Positions 17,728-26,500 of a stretch of 37,853 bases of DNA are shown here, one piece after another; within the stretch, counting starts at the first letter, position 1; every line of letters begins with the position of its first letter. The notes under the pieces were generated by a model. That model had not been told where the DNA came from. It was given only the letters and a program-made list of their open reading frames with translations, and did no database searches. Made by a program: the position numbers and the translations under genes. The DNA is from a virus. Its lineage: Duplodnaviria > Heunggongvirae > Uroviricota > Caudoviricetes. The stretch is taken from the IMG/VR virus record IMGVR_UViG_2851971941_000003; one strand, given 5' to 3'.

Positions 17728-19461
17728 TTAAAGCGAGCGGATCCCATAGGACTCAATGTGGTCAGACAGCGTGTCTTCTTTCTCGTACAGCATGGCTCTG
17801 CCAACCGCCATAATCAGCGCAACTGCACCATCGATTTTGTTTTCCGCCTGCTCTTTGACGGGCTTCACCACATCATCGTTACCCGGAATGGTTTTGCCGA
17901 CCACGTTGCCAATACACCAGGTCATGATGGGATTGCCATCATGATGAAAGCGCCCCGATTCAATTGCCGCTTCCAGCTCTTTCATCGGGTCGGACATGTT
18001 GGTGTAGTTCTGAATGATAGTGATGGGGTTCAGGTCTTCATCAGCAAGGTCATGTGAGAGCCCGGTCGCCCCGAAGGGGTCGATGGGTGACTCGCTGACC
18101 GGGCTGATTTTGTTCGCCGCTTTGGCCTCCTCGAGGATGTAGCGATAATCCACCTCTGCACCATCGGTAACGGTCAGAACGCCCATTTCCACCCATTTCT
18201 GAAAGCGTTCGGCTGTCCGTCGATCTTCATTTTTCTCGACGCTGTACACCGTGTCATACGGTACCCAGAAACGCGGGGCCACACTGTAGTAATGCGTTTT
18301 ACCGTCAATCTCGCGGGTATAAAGTCGCGCCATGCTGTTCATATCCAGCTTACGCGCCAGGTCAAAGGCCAGAATGCACGGCTGCCCCTCGAACTGCTCA
18401 AGGGTCAGTGATTTATCCTCGCAGCTCTGCCAGCTCACCAGGTTGAAATACGCCGAACGCGCCGACACCCAGATATTGAGGTGTTTTGTTTTAAAGACGT
18501 TTGCCAGACGGGCGTTATTTTTCGCACGCTGCTGCTGACTTAACAAAAATTCGCGATAAACCGACACGCCAATATTTGGATTGGCTTTTTCCAGCACCTG
18601 CGGGTCGGTCCAGTCGTCACCTTCATCAACGGTATAGATGATCCCGAACAGTTCATCGTTAGGCACCGAGCCGTTGAGCATCTCGATGACTTCCCGCCGT
18701 TTGTCGTAGCACGGCCCCTCAATGTTGTACCCGGCGGTAGTGATAGCCCACATCAGTGGCTGACGTCGCGCCCCCATCCCGGTAAGCATCGTGGTGTAAA
18801 GCGCATCTGTGGCGTGCTCGTGATATTCATCCACCACCGCACAGTGGGGTGATGAACCATCACCGGGGTTACCAATCAGCGGTTCAAACCGCGCCCCATC
18901 CTCCGGACGGTTCATGTTTGAGGCGTTAACCTCAATCCCGAACGCTTCCGTCAGCATGGGTGTGCGTTTACACATCAGTCGCGCCGGGCGAAAGACTTCC
19001 CACGCCTGTTTCTCTGTCGTGGCACCGGAATACACTTCCGCGCCAAACTCGTTATCACAGGCAAAACAATACAGGGCAACACCGGCAGAGATTGCCGATT
19101 TGCCGTTCTTACGGGGGATTTCGGTATACACCTCCCGGAAGCGGCGCAGCCGGGAGCCTTTATTGACCCAGCCAAACGCGCAGCAGATCACAAAGAGCTG
19201 CCACGGCTCCAGCGTGATGGGCATCCGTTTAAATGCCCACTCACCCTTGGTGTGCGGCAACAGCTGAATAAATTTGGCGGCCCGTTCAGCCAGATCCTTG
19301 TCGAAGCGGTAACGAAACGACTTACTTTTTTCCGCCATCAGGTCGTCAAGATGGCGCTGGCAGGCCTGAATCACAAACTGGCAGGCCACAATCTTTCCGC
19401 GCACGACATCCCGGGCATACTGATTGGCAGCATTTACGTTGGGGTAAGATTTCCGGCTCAT
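17728..19461 (-). CDS. Terminase large subunit
   Basis: 577 aa; ATPase and nuclease-like regions; classical position. Confidence 0.9.
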   Translation of the reverse strand: MSRKSYPNVNAANQYARDVVRGKIVACQFVIQACQRHLDDLMAEKSKSFRYRFDKDLAERAAKFIQLLPHTKGEWAFKRMPITLEPWQLFVICCAFGWVNKGSRLRRFREVYTEIPRKNGKSAISAGVALYCFACDNEFGAEVYSGATTEKQAWEVFRPARLMCKRTPMLTEAFGIEVNASNMNRPEDGARFEPLIGNPGDGSSPHCAVVDEYHEHATDALYTTMLTGMGARRQPLMWAITTAGYNIEGPCYDKRREVIEMLNGSVPNDELFGIIYTVDEGDDWTDPQVLEKANPNIGVSVYREFLLSQQQRAKNNARLANVFKTKHLNIWVSARSAYFNLVSWQSCEDKSLTLEQFEGQPCILAFDLARKLDMNSMARLYTREIDGKTHYYSVAPRFWVPYDTVYSVEKNEDRRTAERFQKWVEMGVLTVTDGAEVDYRYILEEAKAANKISPVSESPIDPFGATGLSHDLADEDLNPITIIQNYTNMSDPMKELEAAIESGRFHHDGNPIMTWCIGNVVGKTIPGNDDVVKPVKEQAENKIDGAVALIMAVGRAMLYEKEDTLSDHIESYGIRSL

Positions 19462-19961
19462 GACTCGATAATTTTCAGAAACGGGTTAGTGGCTTTCTTC
19501 TTCCCCGCCAGGCCAATCAGACGCTGGCGGCTGCTGGGGTCGAGTCCGAGCATTGCCCCCGTACTGCTCATCTCGGACTCCTGTTCTTTTTTGGCGGTCA
19601 GCTCCGGATTTTTGACCATGCCGCCCATTGCACCGGTGATGGTGTTGCCCTGTCTGGCAATATTTTTCACGGCACGTCGCCAGAACTCATAGGCCACGCA
19701 CCACCGCTCAAGCACTGCGAGGTCAGTCACGCACAGCAGGCCCTGACCGCAGAGTTCTTTGGTTGTCAGTTGCCACATGATCGTAGCGAGAGGAAGCTCT
19801 TCTTCAGCGAACCACTCCGGTGGCTCAACACCTTTGATGGGCGTAAAAACAGGTTCATCTTTGTTCAGGGCTCGCTTGCCGGGGTTTCCGGCCAGCGCCT
19901 TGCGCGCCGTTGGCTTAGGGCGACGCCCGGAACGCCCCGCCGTTCCAGCCATATGCGGCAC
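19458..19961 (-). CDS. Terminase small subunit
   Basis: 167 aa, overlapping the large-subunit start. Confidence 0.7.
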   Translation of the reverse strand: MPHMAGTAGRSGRRPKPTARKALAGNPGKRALNKDEPVFTPIKGVEPPEWFAEEELPLATIMWQLTTKELCGQGLLCVTDLAVLERWCVAYEFWRRAVKNIARQGNTITGAMGGMVKNPELTAKKEQESEMSSTGAMLGLDPSSRQRLIGLAGKKKATNPFLKIIES

Positions 19962-20077
19962 TCCTGGTTAAATTTCATTTTTCGCGGGTATAAAAAAACG
20001 ATGGGGCGGGCAGTCCGGAAGACGTCAGGTCACAGGGATTTGACCCGCCCCTCCCCTCTGGCAGTGGGAACTGGTTC

Positions 20078-20428
20078 TCACTTCAGCCGTTCACGGGCCG
20101 TCTTCGCCTTATGACACGGCCAGCACAGGCTCTGCAGATTGCTGTCGGCATCTGTGCCGCCATGCGCTTTAGGGATGATGTGGTCAACGGTTTTCGCCTC
20201 ACGTACCACACCAGCACGCAGACATAACTGACACAGTCCTTTATCACGCTTCAGCACGCACGCGCGGATAACATCCCACTTCGAACCGTAGCCGCGCTGG
20301 TGACGGGATTGTCCAGGTTTGTACTGCTTCCAGCCTTCGCTTTTGTGGCTTTCGCAGTAGCCTGACGGGTCTGTGGTTGTAGAGCGGCAGCCGCGAACAC
20401 GGCAGGCTTTTGGTGTTCGTGGTGGCAT
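20078..20428 (-). CDS. HNH endonuclease (terminase-associated)
   Basis: 116 aa; cysteine pairs and the H-N-H core (CQLC...DHIIPKAHGGTDADSNLQSLCWPCH) directly upstream of the small terminase, as in HK97-like packaging modules. Confidence 0.85.
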   Translation of the reverse strand: MPPRTPKACRVRGCRSTTTDPSGYCESHKSEGWKQYKPGQSRHQRGYGSKWDVIRACVLKRDKGLCQLCLRAGVVREAKTVDHIIPKAHGGTDADSNLQSLCWPCHKAKTARERLK

Positions 20429-20557
20429 GATAGGCTCCCCTCGTAAATGAGGTGATTCACAAAATGAAACAAAAAAAGCACTGGTAGTACCAGCATCCTA
20501 AATTACAGATTCCATAACATGCTCAATGCTGCTAATGGCAAGAAAGGATGTTTTTAA

Positions 20558-20770
20558 ATGACAAGCGATAATCTGGACTCCAAGCCCACAATTGAAGATG
20601 TTGATTTCAAGCATTTGATCTGCGTCGCAGGAGGAATCATCGAGGATCTAAAAGGCCCATTTATATTCAAGGCTCCAGAAAATATTAGGCGATTACTTAA
20701 TCATAAGGGAGTGAATGAAATAAGTAATCTCTCTCAAAAATTTAATGCAGATTCTCCATCTTGCTATTAG
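20558..20770 (+). CDS. AT-rich hypothetical protein (70 aa)
   Basis: Plus-strand ORF in an AT-rich island, convergent with the membrane-protein gene. Confidence 0.3.
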   Translation: MTSDNLDSKPTIEDVDFKHLICVAGGIIEDLKGPFIFKAPENIRRLLNHKGVNEISNLSQKFNADSPSCY

Positions 20771-20846
20771 AGTTCAGCAGCAGGCACTCAGTGAATGCCT
20801 GCTGTAACGACTACTCCAATAATAATGGATGCTCTATGGATACATA

Positions 20847-21440
20847 CTAAAATATGGATGTTAAATAATTGCTAAGTCTTTTTGCATTCTTACAGAATGC
20901 CAAAGCATCTTCCTGAGTACATAAGAGCTTTCCTTGGGATATAGGCTTAATAGACTCTCCTGTTTTTTCATAGAGCTTAACAATGTCACTAGAAATTTTG
21001 TTTGCAGATTGGACATTTTTCAAGGCAGCGATACCTGAAGCCCGCCCTAAAGATGTCCCGTTGATCTCAATCCCCTTTTTAGATGCAAGCGTTATAGCGG
21101 TTAACTCCAATTCGCGCCAAGCTGAAAGTACAGCAACATTAGGCTGAGTACTAGCAAGACTCTCAAAAATATTGAAATTCTCAATGAGTTGAGTCGGCAG
21201 GACAGGATTTGTTCCAGGTAAATTTTTAATAACCTCTATACTTTTAGATTCTATTTCAAACATTTCTTTTTTAAATTTAATCTCATAGTCACCTAGCTTA
21301 ACTGTATTAAGACGACCTAAAACCATTATTATTTCTTTTTTTAAAGTAAAAAAGACAATCAAACAAGCAAGAACAATAAATAAAACATTGCCTTCTTTAA
21401 GAAGCATCTCTATCCAGTAAAAAAAAGTATAGTCCGTCAT
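20847..21440 (-). CDS. AT-rich membrane-anchored hypothetical protein (197 aa)
   Basis: N-terminal hydrophobic helix (VLFIVLACLIVFFTL) then a soluble domain; lies between the lysis cassette and the HNH gene. Confidence 0.55.
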   Translation of the reverse strand: MTDYTFFYWIEMLLKEGNVLFIVLACLIVFFTLKKEIIMVLGRLNTVKLGDYEIKFKKEMFEIESKSIEVIKNLPGTNPVLPTQLIENFNIFESLASTQPNVAVLSAWRELELTAITLASKKGIEINGTSLGRASGIAALKNVQSANKISSDIVKLYEKTGESIKPISQGKLLCTQEDALAFCKNAKRLSNYLTSIF

Positions 21441-21634
21441 TTTCAGTTCTCAAATAGAAATAGTTCTCTCAGTATACGTATATTGAACTCTGCTATCACT
21501 TAGTTTATACAACGTTATGCTGGCCACACGCTCGTAGTTGACGTGCATGTGGCTACTCGCTATTTTAGGTATTTGGGACATCTTCATTAATGCTGAACAG
21601 GCACTTCTTGCTGCGGTCTTTCCACTTTACTGCT

Positions 21635-21892
21635 TCATGGCTCACTCTTCTCTGCTTCAATTTTACGAATATCAGCCTTATCCCTATTACAGGCAGCCAG
21701 CACTGACAGCAGGCTCACGTTTAAATCCAGACTATCTTTGTAAGTCAGCGGATCAGGAATAGCTGGCTGTGGGGTTTCAGCGGTCAGGTTCGCCGGTAGT
21801 GGTACCGCCGGAACTGGCACGTAAATTGTCCGCGTACCGGCGCAGCCGCTCAGTTGCACGAGCAGGAACAAGACGGGAAGCGCAATCATCAT
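21635..21892 (-). CDS. o-spanin (Rz1-like lipoprotein), overlapping the i-spanin in another frame
   Basis: Starts inside the Rz-like gene; lipobox LSGC after a hydrophobic signal; proline-rich mature region. Confidence 0.5.
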   Translation of the reverse strand: MMIALPVLFLLVQLSGCAGTRTIYVPVPAVPLPANLTAETPQPAIPDPLTYKDSLDLNVSLLSVLAACNRDKADIRKIEAEKSEP

Positions 21893-22169
21893 TCTCAACA
21901 GCCACTTTGATATCTTCCTGGGTTCTCTGTGACTCCAGTGCGATCTGCTGTTTTGCATGCTGGTTAGCCTCCAGAACTGTATTTAAGATTTGTATTGATT
22001 GCAGGACGTTATTGGTAATGGCAGTTGCCGATTCAGCATTTTGTACAGCCTCATCAGCACGTTTCTTTTCATGCTGATATTTGCTGTAGTAGTAATTCGC
22101 TGACCAGATGAAAGAGCCAATGACAGTAAAGAAGAAAGCAGAGATAGCCAACTTATAACTCAACTTCAT
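21777..22169 (-). CDS. i-spanin (Rz-like)
   Basis: 130 aa, N-terminal TM helix then coiled-coil-like region; directly after the endolysin. Confidence 0.6.
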   Translation of the reverse strand: MKLSYKLAISAFFFTVIGSFIWSANYYYSKYQHEKKRADEAVQNAESATAITNNVLQSIQILNTVLEANQHAKQQIALESQRTQEDIKVAVENDDCASRLVPARATERLRRYADNLRASSGGTTTGEPDR

Positions 22170-22629
22170 TTACCACCCCACCAGCCTCTTTAAATCGGGC
22201 AATCAGGTCACCGATTCTATGTTCATACTGACCGTAACCAGCACCCGGCAATGAAGCCCAGATATTGCTGCAACGGTCGATTGCCTGACGGATATCGCCG
22301 CGATCAATCATCGGTAAAGCGCCACGCTCTTTAATCTGCAGCAATGCCACTGCGTCCTGGTTTTTGGGGGAGAAGTCTTTCAAACCAAGCTGTTTACGGT
22401 AAGCATCCCACCAACGGGAAAGAAGCTGGTAACGTCCGGCGGCTGTTGATTTGAGTTTTGGGTTCAGCATGACAAGTTTGCGAGGATGATCGGAGTAATC
22501 AGTGAACAGTTCGCCCCCCACAATAACGTCATAACCGTGGTTACGTGTCGGTTGTCGCCCGTTATCCGTTCCTTCTGACCAGGCCACCATATCTAGGAAA
22601 GCTTTACGCTGGGGATTTAGTTCCTGCAT
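22153..22629 (-). CDS. R: Endolysin, lambda R-like lytic transglycosylase
   Basis: 158 aa; near-identical over most of its length to lambda R as I remember it (NPQRKAFLDMVAWSEGTDNGRQPTRNHGYDVIVGGELFTDYSDHPRKLV...). Confidence 0.9.
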   Translation of the reverse strand: MQELNPQRKAFLDMVAWSEGTDNGRQPTRNHGYDVIVGGELFTDYSDHPRKLVMLNPKLKSTAAGRYQLLSRWWDAYRKQLGLKDFSPKNQDAVALLQIKERGALPMIDRGDIRQAIDRCSNIWASLPGAGYGQYEHRIGDLIARFKEAGGVVNEVEL

Positions 22630-22632
22630 AAA

Positions 22633-22959
22633 TTACTCCTTCGAGCTACCAAATTTGTTACCGATTACTCGCATTGCAGCCCCACGAATAGCATCGACAC
22701 CGATCAGCCCAACGCCGCCACCAATGGCAACAGAAAGCGATTTAGGCCATCCGACATACTCAAGAGCGGATGCAAAAGTCAGCGTCAGAGCACCACAGAG
22801 CAAAATCTCGAGCGTTTTTCGTTTCCAGCCACCACCACTGCCAAAATAGGCAATACGTAAACCAGCCATAACGATCGACATAATCACTGCGCCCAGCGGT
22901 GTGTCTCCACGCCACCAGCTCTGGACCAACTCCAGCCAGGTATTTGGGTTATGAGGCAT
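22633..22959 (-). CDS. Holin-like membrane protein
   Basis: 108 aa with several hydrophobic segments, immediately upstream of the endolysin. Confidence 0.6.
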   Translation of the reverse strand: MPHNPNTWLELVQSWWRGDTPLGAVIMSIVMAGLRIAYFGSGGGWKRKTLEILLCGALTLTFASALEYVGWPKSLSVAIGGGVGLIGVDAIRGAAMRVIGNKFGSSKE

Positions 22960-23099
22960 TTGTAGTTATCTCTCACCTCGCCGATACAGGAGGTGCAAAT
23001 TGAGGGAGTACCACGAACCGCAAATCAGAAGCGGAAACGTAAAAGAAGCCGAGCCAATGGATAAGTACTAGATAGAACAAGCCCAACGAATACCAAGGC

Positions 23100-23133
23100 C
23101 CAGAAACGACAAAACCCGCTCAATGGCGGGTTT
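23100..23133 (-). terminator. Minus-strand rho-independent terminator upstream of the holin (tR'-like)
   Basis: Stem aaacccgc/gcgggttt with 6-nt loop, followed on the minus strand by a U-rich tract. Confidence 0.45.
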
Positions 23134-23178
23134 AAGCTGTGTGGCGACGTAACCACTCTTAACACGATACAATACTTT

Positions 23179-23207
23179 TTGCGTACGCGTTAGCATTTTA
23201 GTAATAT
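23179..23207 (+). promoter_or_regulatory. Sigma70-like promoter for the three-gene cassette
   Basis: TTGCGT - 17 bp - TAATAT, about 35 nt upstream of the ATG at 23241. Not validated. Confidence 0.35.
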
Positions 23208-23240
23208 TCTGAAGTACGTTTATCTATTGAATCTATACAA

Positions 23241-24332
23241 ATGAAGAAAATCGAAAAACTGTTCACTGAAGTAATACGGAAGTTGCGCCATAAGAAATTT
23301 ATGCGCTCGATAGCTAGTAAAAGAAGCACAACAGAAAGAAAGCTAAAACGTAATGGAAGTTTAAAAAAAATCGCTCCAGAGAAAATACTTGCTCCAACCA
23401 TACTTGATATTTACAAGGCGGAATATCATGAGAATGTGGTTAATTTTATAGAAAAAATAGAAAACAAAGCAAAGACAGGAAATAAAAAGATATATATATG
23501 TTTTAGAAATACAATTCATATATCGGCTGCTGCTGGCTTATTTCTTCTTGCAAAACTAGAGACGTTAAAAAGCAATCATAGGGACTTAAAATATATCGTA
23601 GCCAAACCGCCAATCAAAACTTCATCAAAAGGAGAACAGCACGTTGTTGATTCTGTTTTGAACAGAATCGGAATCTATGCAGCATTAGGTGTTAAATCAA
23701 GAGAAATGAGAGAAACTCCGTCTGTAAAATGTTGGGAGGTAATTCGTGGCGAACTAGTAGATTCGGAAATTGCAGGAAACTTATTAGAAACAATCACAGA
23801 AAAAATGGGTACCGATTATACAGATTTATATCGTCCCTTGATAGAAGCCATGTCTAATTCAGTAGAACATGCATATCGAGACGATTTATATGACTCAAAT
23901 AAAAATAACAATAAAAATAAATGGTGGTGCTTTGCTGCAATTATGAACAACAAGTTAATATTACTAATTTGTGACCTCGGTGTAGGTATACCTAAAACGT
24001 TAAAACTTACTCAAGGTGAAAAGGTTCTTGCAAAGCTAACCGAGTTCCTTGGTAAGCCATTAGTCCTTGATTCAGAACATATAAAAGCCTCATTGCAGGT
24101 TAAACGAACCCGAACAAAGCTTGGATACAGAGGGAAAGGAGGAACTGATTTACAATCTATCATAGAAAACTTTGAAAATGCACAATTACGAATTATATCC
24201 AACAAAGGAAATTACAGATATACTCATCGTAAGAAAGCAAGACCAGAGTTAATGTGGGATGCCAAACATTCCATCAACGGTACTATAGTTGAATGGAGCG
24301 TACCGCTACCAAATGAAGGAGACTCTCAATGA
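23241..24332 (+). CDS. GHKL-superfamily ATPase / RsbW-like kinase-fold protein with unassigned basic N-terminal domain
   Basis: 363 aa; N-box EAMSNSVEHAY (aa 202-212), G1 box DLGVG (aa 245-249), G2-like GYRGKGGTD (aa 296-304). AT-rich; stop overlaps the next start (ATGA). Confidence 0.75.
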   Translation: MKKIEKLFTEVIRKLRHKKFMRSIASKRSTTERKLKRNGSLKKIAPEKILAPTILDIYKAEYHENVVNFIEKIENKAKTGNKKIYICFRNTIHISAAAGLFLLAKLETLKSNHRDLKYIVAKPPIKTSSKGEQHVVDSVLNRIGIYAALGVKSREMRETPSVKCWEVIRGELVDSEIAGNLLETITEKMGTDYTDLYRPLIEAMSNSVEHAYRDDLYDSNKNNNKNKWWCFAAIMNNKLILLICDLGVGIPKTLKLTQGEKVLAKLTEFLGKPLVLDSEHIKASLQVKRTRTKLGYRGKGGTDLQSIIENFENAQLRIISNKGNYRYTHRKKARPELMWDAKHSINGTIVEWSVPLPNEGDSQ

Positions 24333-24646
24333 AAACCTTATTTATCAAGGACTTTTCAAGATTCCCGGGGCCTAGATACGAAAGGTTAGGTGAAAACAGT
24401 GGCGAAAAATTCCGCGATTTATTTTTGATACCAGCACTTAACGAAAATCCAGACTTAGTCATTGACTTTGATGGTGTTTTTGGCTATGGCTCATCTTTCC
24501 TTGAGGAGGCCTTTGGAGGTTTGGTGCGTAAAGGGATAGAGCGCGAAAAATTGGAGAAGCTTAAGAAGAATCTCAAAAGTAAAGATCAATACATTATTGA
24601 GGAAGTAATTTCATATATTGATGATGCTCTGCGAGATCTAAAATAA
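24329..24646 (+). CDS. STAS-like small protein (DUF4325-type), candidate partner of the ATPase
   Basis: 105 aa; block DFDGVFGYGSSFLEEAFGGL matches my memory of the DUF4325 STAS-like family; translationally coupled on both sides. Confidence 0.65.
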   Translation: MKTLFIKDFSRFPGPRYERLGENSGEKFRDLFLIPALNENPDLVIDFDGVFGYGSSFLEEAFGGLVRKGIEREKLEKLKKNLKSKDQYIIEEVISYIDDALRDLK

Positions 24647-25107
24647 TGGACACTGACGTTACTCAGAATTTATGGACAATGCCTGCAACGATTATAGCGA
24701 TTGTTGGCATTTTTTTAACAATATTAGGCTGGATAGTTACAGCAATACTTACTCGCATTAACAATGCGAAGAATTTAAAAAAACTAGAAATAAATAGACT
24801 TATTGATGAGTTATTTTATAAATTAGATTTTATTTATAGCGAAATGCTTGAATTGCTGCGAGACGATAAAAAAGACAAACAAGTCCTATATTACATTTTT
24901 ACATCATCAGTAAGGCATGTTGAGTTTATTTGCGAGCGAATTGAACTATTAGACAACAAAAAAAACAAAGACAATGGATTAATATCTGAATTAAGACAAG
25001 CATGTACTAACGATGCGAAATATGAAAAAGAAAAAATTGGAACAACATTACATGAAATCCAAAGCGCTAATGAAAAACTCAAAAACAAATATCTGAAATC
25101 ATTTTAA
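24646..25107 (+). CDS. Small membrane protein (one N-terminal TM helix, charged coiled-coil-like tail), candidate effector
   Basis: 153 aa; TM segment about aa 11-36 (TMPATIIAIVGIFLTILGWIVTAIL); start overlaps the previous stop (TAATG). Confidence 0.6.
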   Translation: MDTDVTQNLWTMPATIIAIVGIFLTILGWIVTAILTRINNAKNLKKLEINRLIDELFYKLDFIYSEMLELLRDDKKDKQVLYYIFTSSVRHVEFICERIELLDNKKNKDNGLISELRQACTNDAKYEKEKIGTTLHEIQSANEKLKNKYLKSF

Positions 25108-25109
25108 TT

Positions 25110-25143
25110 AAAAAAGAACCGGCTAAGCCGCCGGTTCTTTTTT
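25110..25143. terminator. Bidirectional rho-independent terminator between the cassette and Q
   Basis: A6 - gaaccggc - taagcc - gccggttc - T6: 8-bp GC-rich stem flanked by A-run and T-run; the T-run overlaps the Q stop codon. Confidence 0.6.
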
Positions 25144-25501
25144 AATTTATTACACAAAGGCAGCCTTCAATAAATCCAATGGCCATTTGTAATTCTTTTC
25201 TAATTGTACCATCAGAATACTTCCTCTTTTTAGCAATAGCACGAAGTGAGATGCCAACAACAAAGTGAGCAATTATCAGCTCATACTCTTCCGGCTTATA
25301 TTTACGCAACCTAGCCACACAACTATCTATCATGATGCCTTCATCATCATCACACTGGAGACGTGACTTTTTACCGTGTGGTAAAAGTCCCTTGAAACCA
25401 GCCGCTATCGGCTGCCAGTCCACACCACTGTTATCTGCTGCCGCCCATGCTCCCCAGCGGTCCAAAACTTCATACATATCACGCATCAACCTTCTCCACA
25501 A
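25142..25501 (-). CDS. Late antiterminator Q (QuuD / phage 21-like family)
   Basis: 119 aa; resembles E. coli DLP12 QuuD from memory (RWGAWAA...WQPIAAGFKGLL...RLQCDDDE...). Confidence 0.75.
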   Translation of the reverse strand: MWRRLMRDMYEVLDRWGAWAAADNSGVDWQPIAAGFKGLLPHGKKSRLQCDDDEGIMIDSCVARLRKYKPEEYELIIAHFVVGISLRAIAKKRKYSDGTIRKELQMAIGFIEGCLCVIN

Positions 25502-25503
25502 AA

Positions 25504-26499
25504 TCAGGCCAGCACACCAATTGCCAACGCACGATCGATAAAACGAAATATCAGCTCCAGCTGGGAGCCATACATCTCTTCAAATGCCACGGTATCCGCA
25601 TGCAGCTCGTCGTGATGCTTTCTGCACAAAGGCAACACAAAGAGGTCATGCGCTTTTGTACCCATTCCACCCTGGCCGTGACCTATCAGGTGGTGGGGAT
25701 CATCAGCAGGCTTTCCACAACATGCACACGGCTGTGTCTTAACCCAGCGCGTGTACTTTTCATTAACCCAGCGGCGACGTTTGGGGCGTAACATAAAAGA
25801 CTCCGGCGACTCCGGATCCACTTTCAGCGTCAGCACCTTTTTCGCTTTATCCTGGATGATGCTGGTGGCAGGAACCGAAGGCACAAAGTCACTTTCCCGG
25901 GTGACAGACGGCACAACAGGCTTCGGTAATCTCAGTGCCTTACGGGCTGCACTTTCCGGTAAGGCATCCGCCAGATCATTACGAATCAGCCACCAGCACA
26001 GTTCCGGCATTGTCACAACGTGACTATCATCAAAACCGAGATCCCGACGCACAACAGACAACACCCAGCGGGCACAGTTATCCGTTGCCATTGATTCCAG
26101 CCGTTCCGTGAACTGATCGCGCAGCTGGTTATCGCAGTGCCAGCACAGACGGATTGCGCCCGGCGCGTGTCGCATTGTGGCCATGTTCTCGCTGTGCCAG
26201 TCGGAATGAGGCCACTGACAGCCCTTTTCACGAAGTAACCAGCTTTCAAGACATTCCACGCCACCAGCACGACGGATCACTGCCTCATTGCGGAACACGG
26301 CCCGAACGGCAGGATCATCCGCCAGCGGTTGTGATGCCGCCGGAACGGCACCACTGGCGAAAGATGAATAACGTTCCGGCTCAGGCTCCAGCAGGACACG
26401 CCCCTGCATAAACAGGGGCATCAGCTCTGAACCTGGTCTGAACAATACGATCCCCATACGCGGGGCAATTTCAGGGGTCAGTAGTGCTCTCACGGTCAC
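25504..26499 (-). CDS. DUF968-family phage protein with C-terminal Cys/His-rich nuclease-like motif
   Basis: 331 aa; C-terminal CACCGKPADDPHHLIGHGQGGMGTKAHDLFVLPLCRKHHDELH; nin-region position upstream of Q. Confidence 0.6.
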   Translation of the reverse strand: MTVRALLTPEIAPRMGIVLFRPGSELMPLFMQGRVLLEPEPERYSSFASGAVPAASQPLADDPAVRAVFRNEAVIRRAGGVECLESWLLREKGCQWPHSDWHSENMATMRHAPGAIRLCWHCDNQLRDQFTERLESMATDNCARWVLSVVRRDLGFDDSHVVTMPELCWWLIRNDLADALPESAARKALRLPKPVVPSVTRESDFVPSVPATSIIQDKAKKVLTLKVDPESPESFMLRPKRRRWVNEKYTRWVKTQPCACCGKPADDPHHLIGHGQGGMGTKAHDLFVLPLCRKHHDELHADTVAFEEMYGSQLELIFRFIDRALAIGVLA

Positions 26500-26500
26500 C

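Noticed and set aside
23198-23401. 67-aa minus-strand ORF across the cassette promoter and start
   Set aside because: Overlaps the cassette promoter and gene 1 start on the opposite strand; low-complexity AT-rich frame.
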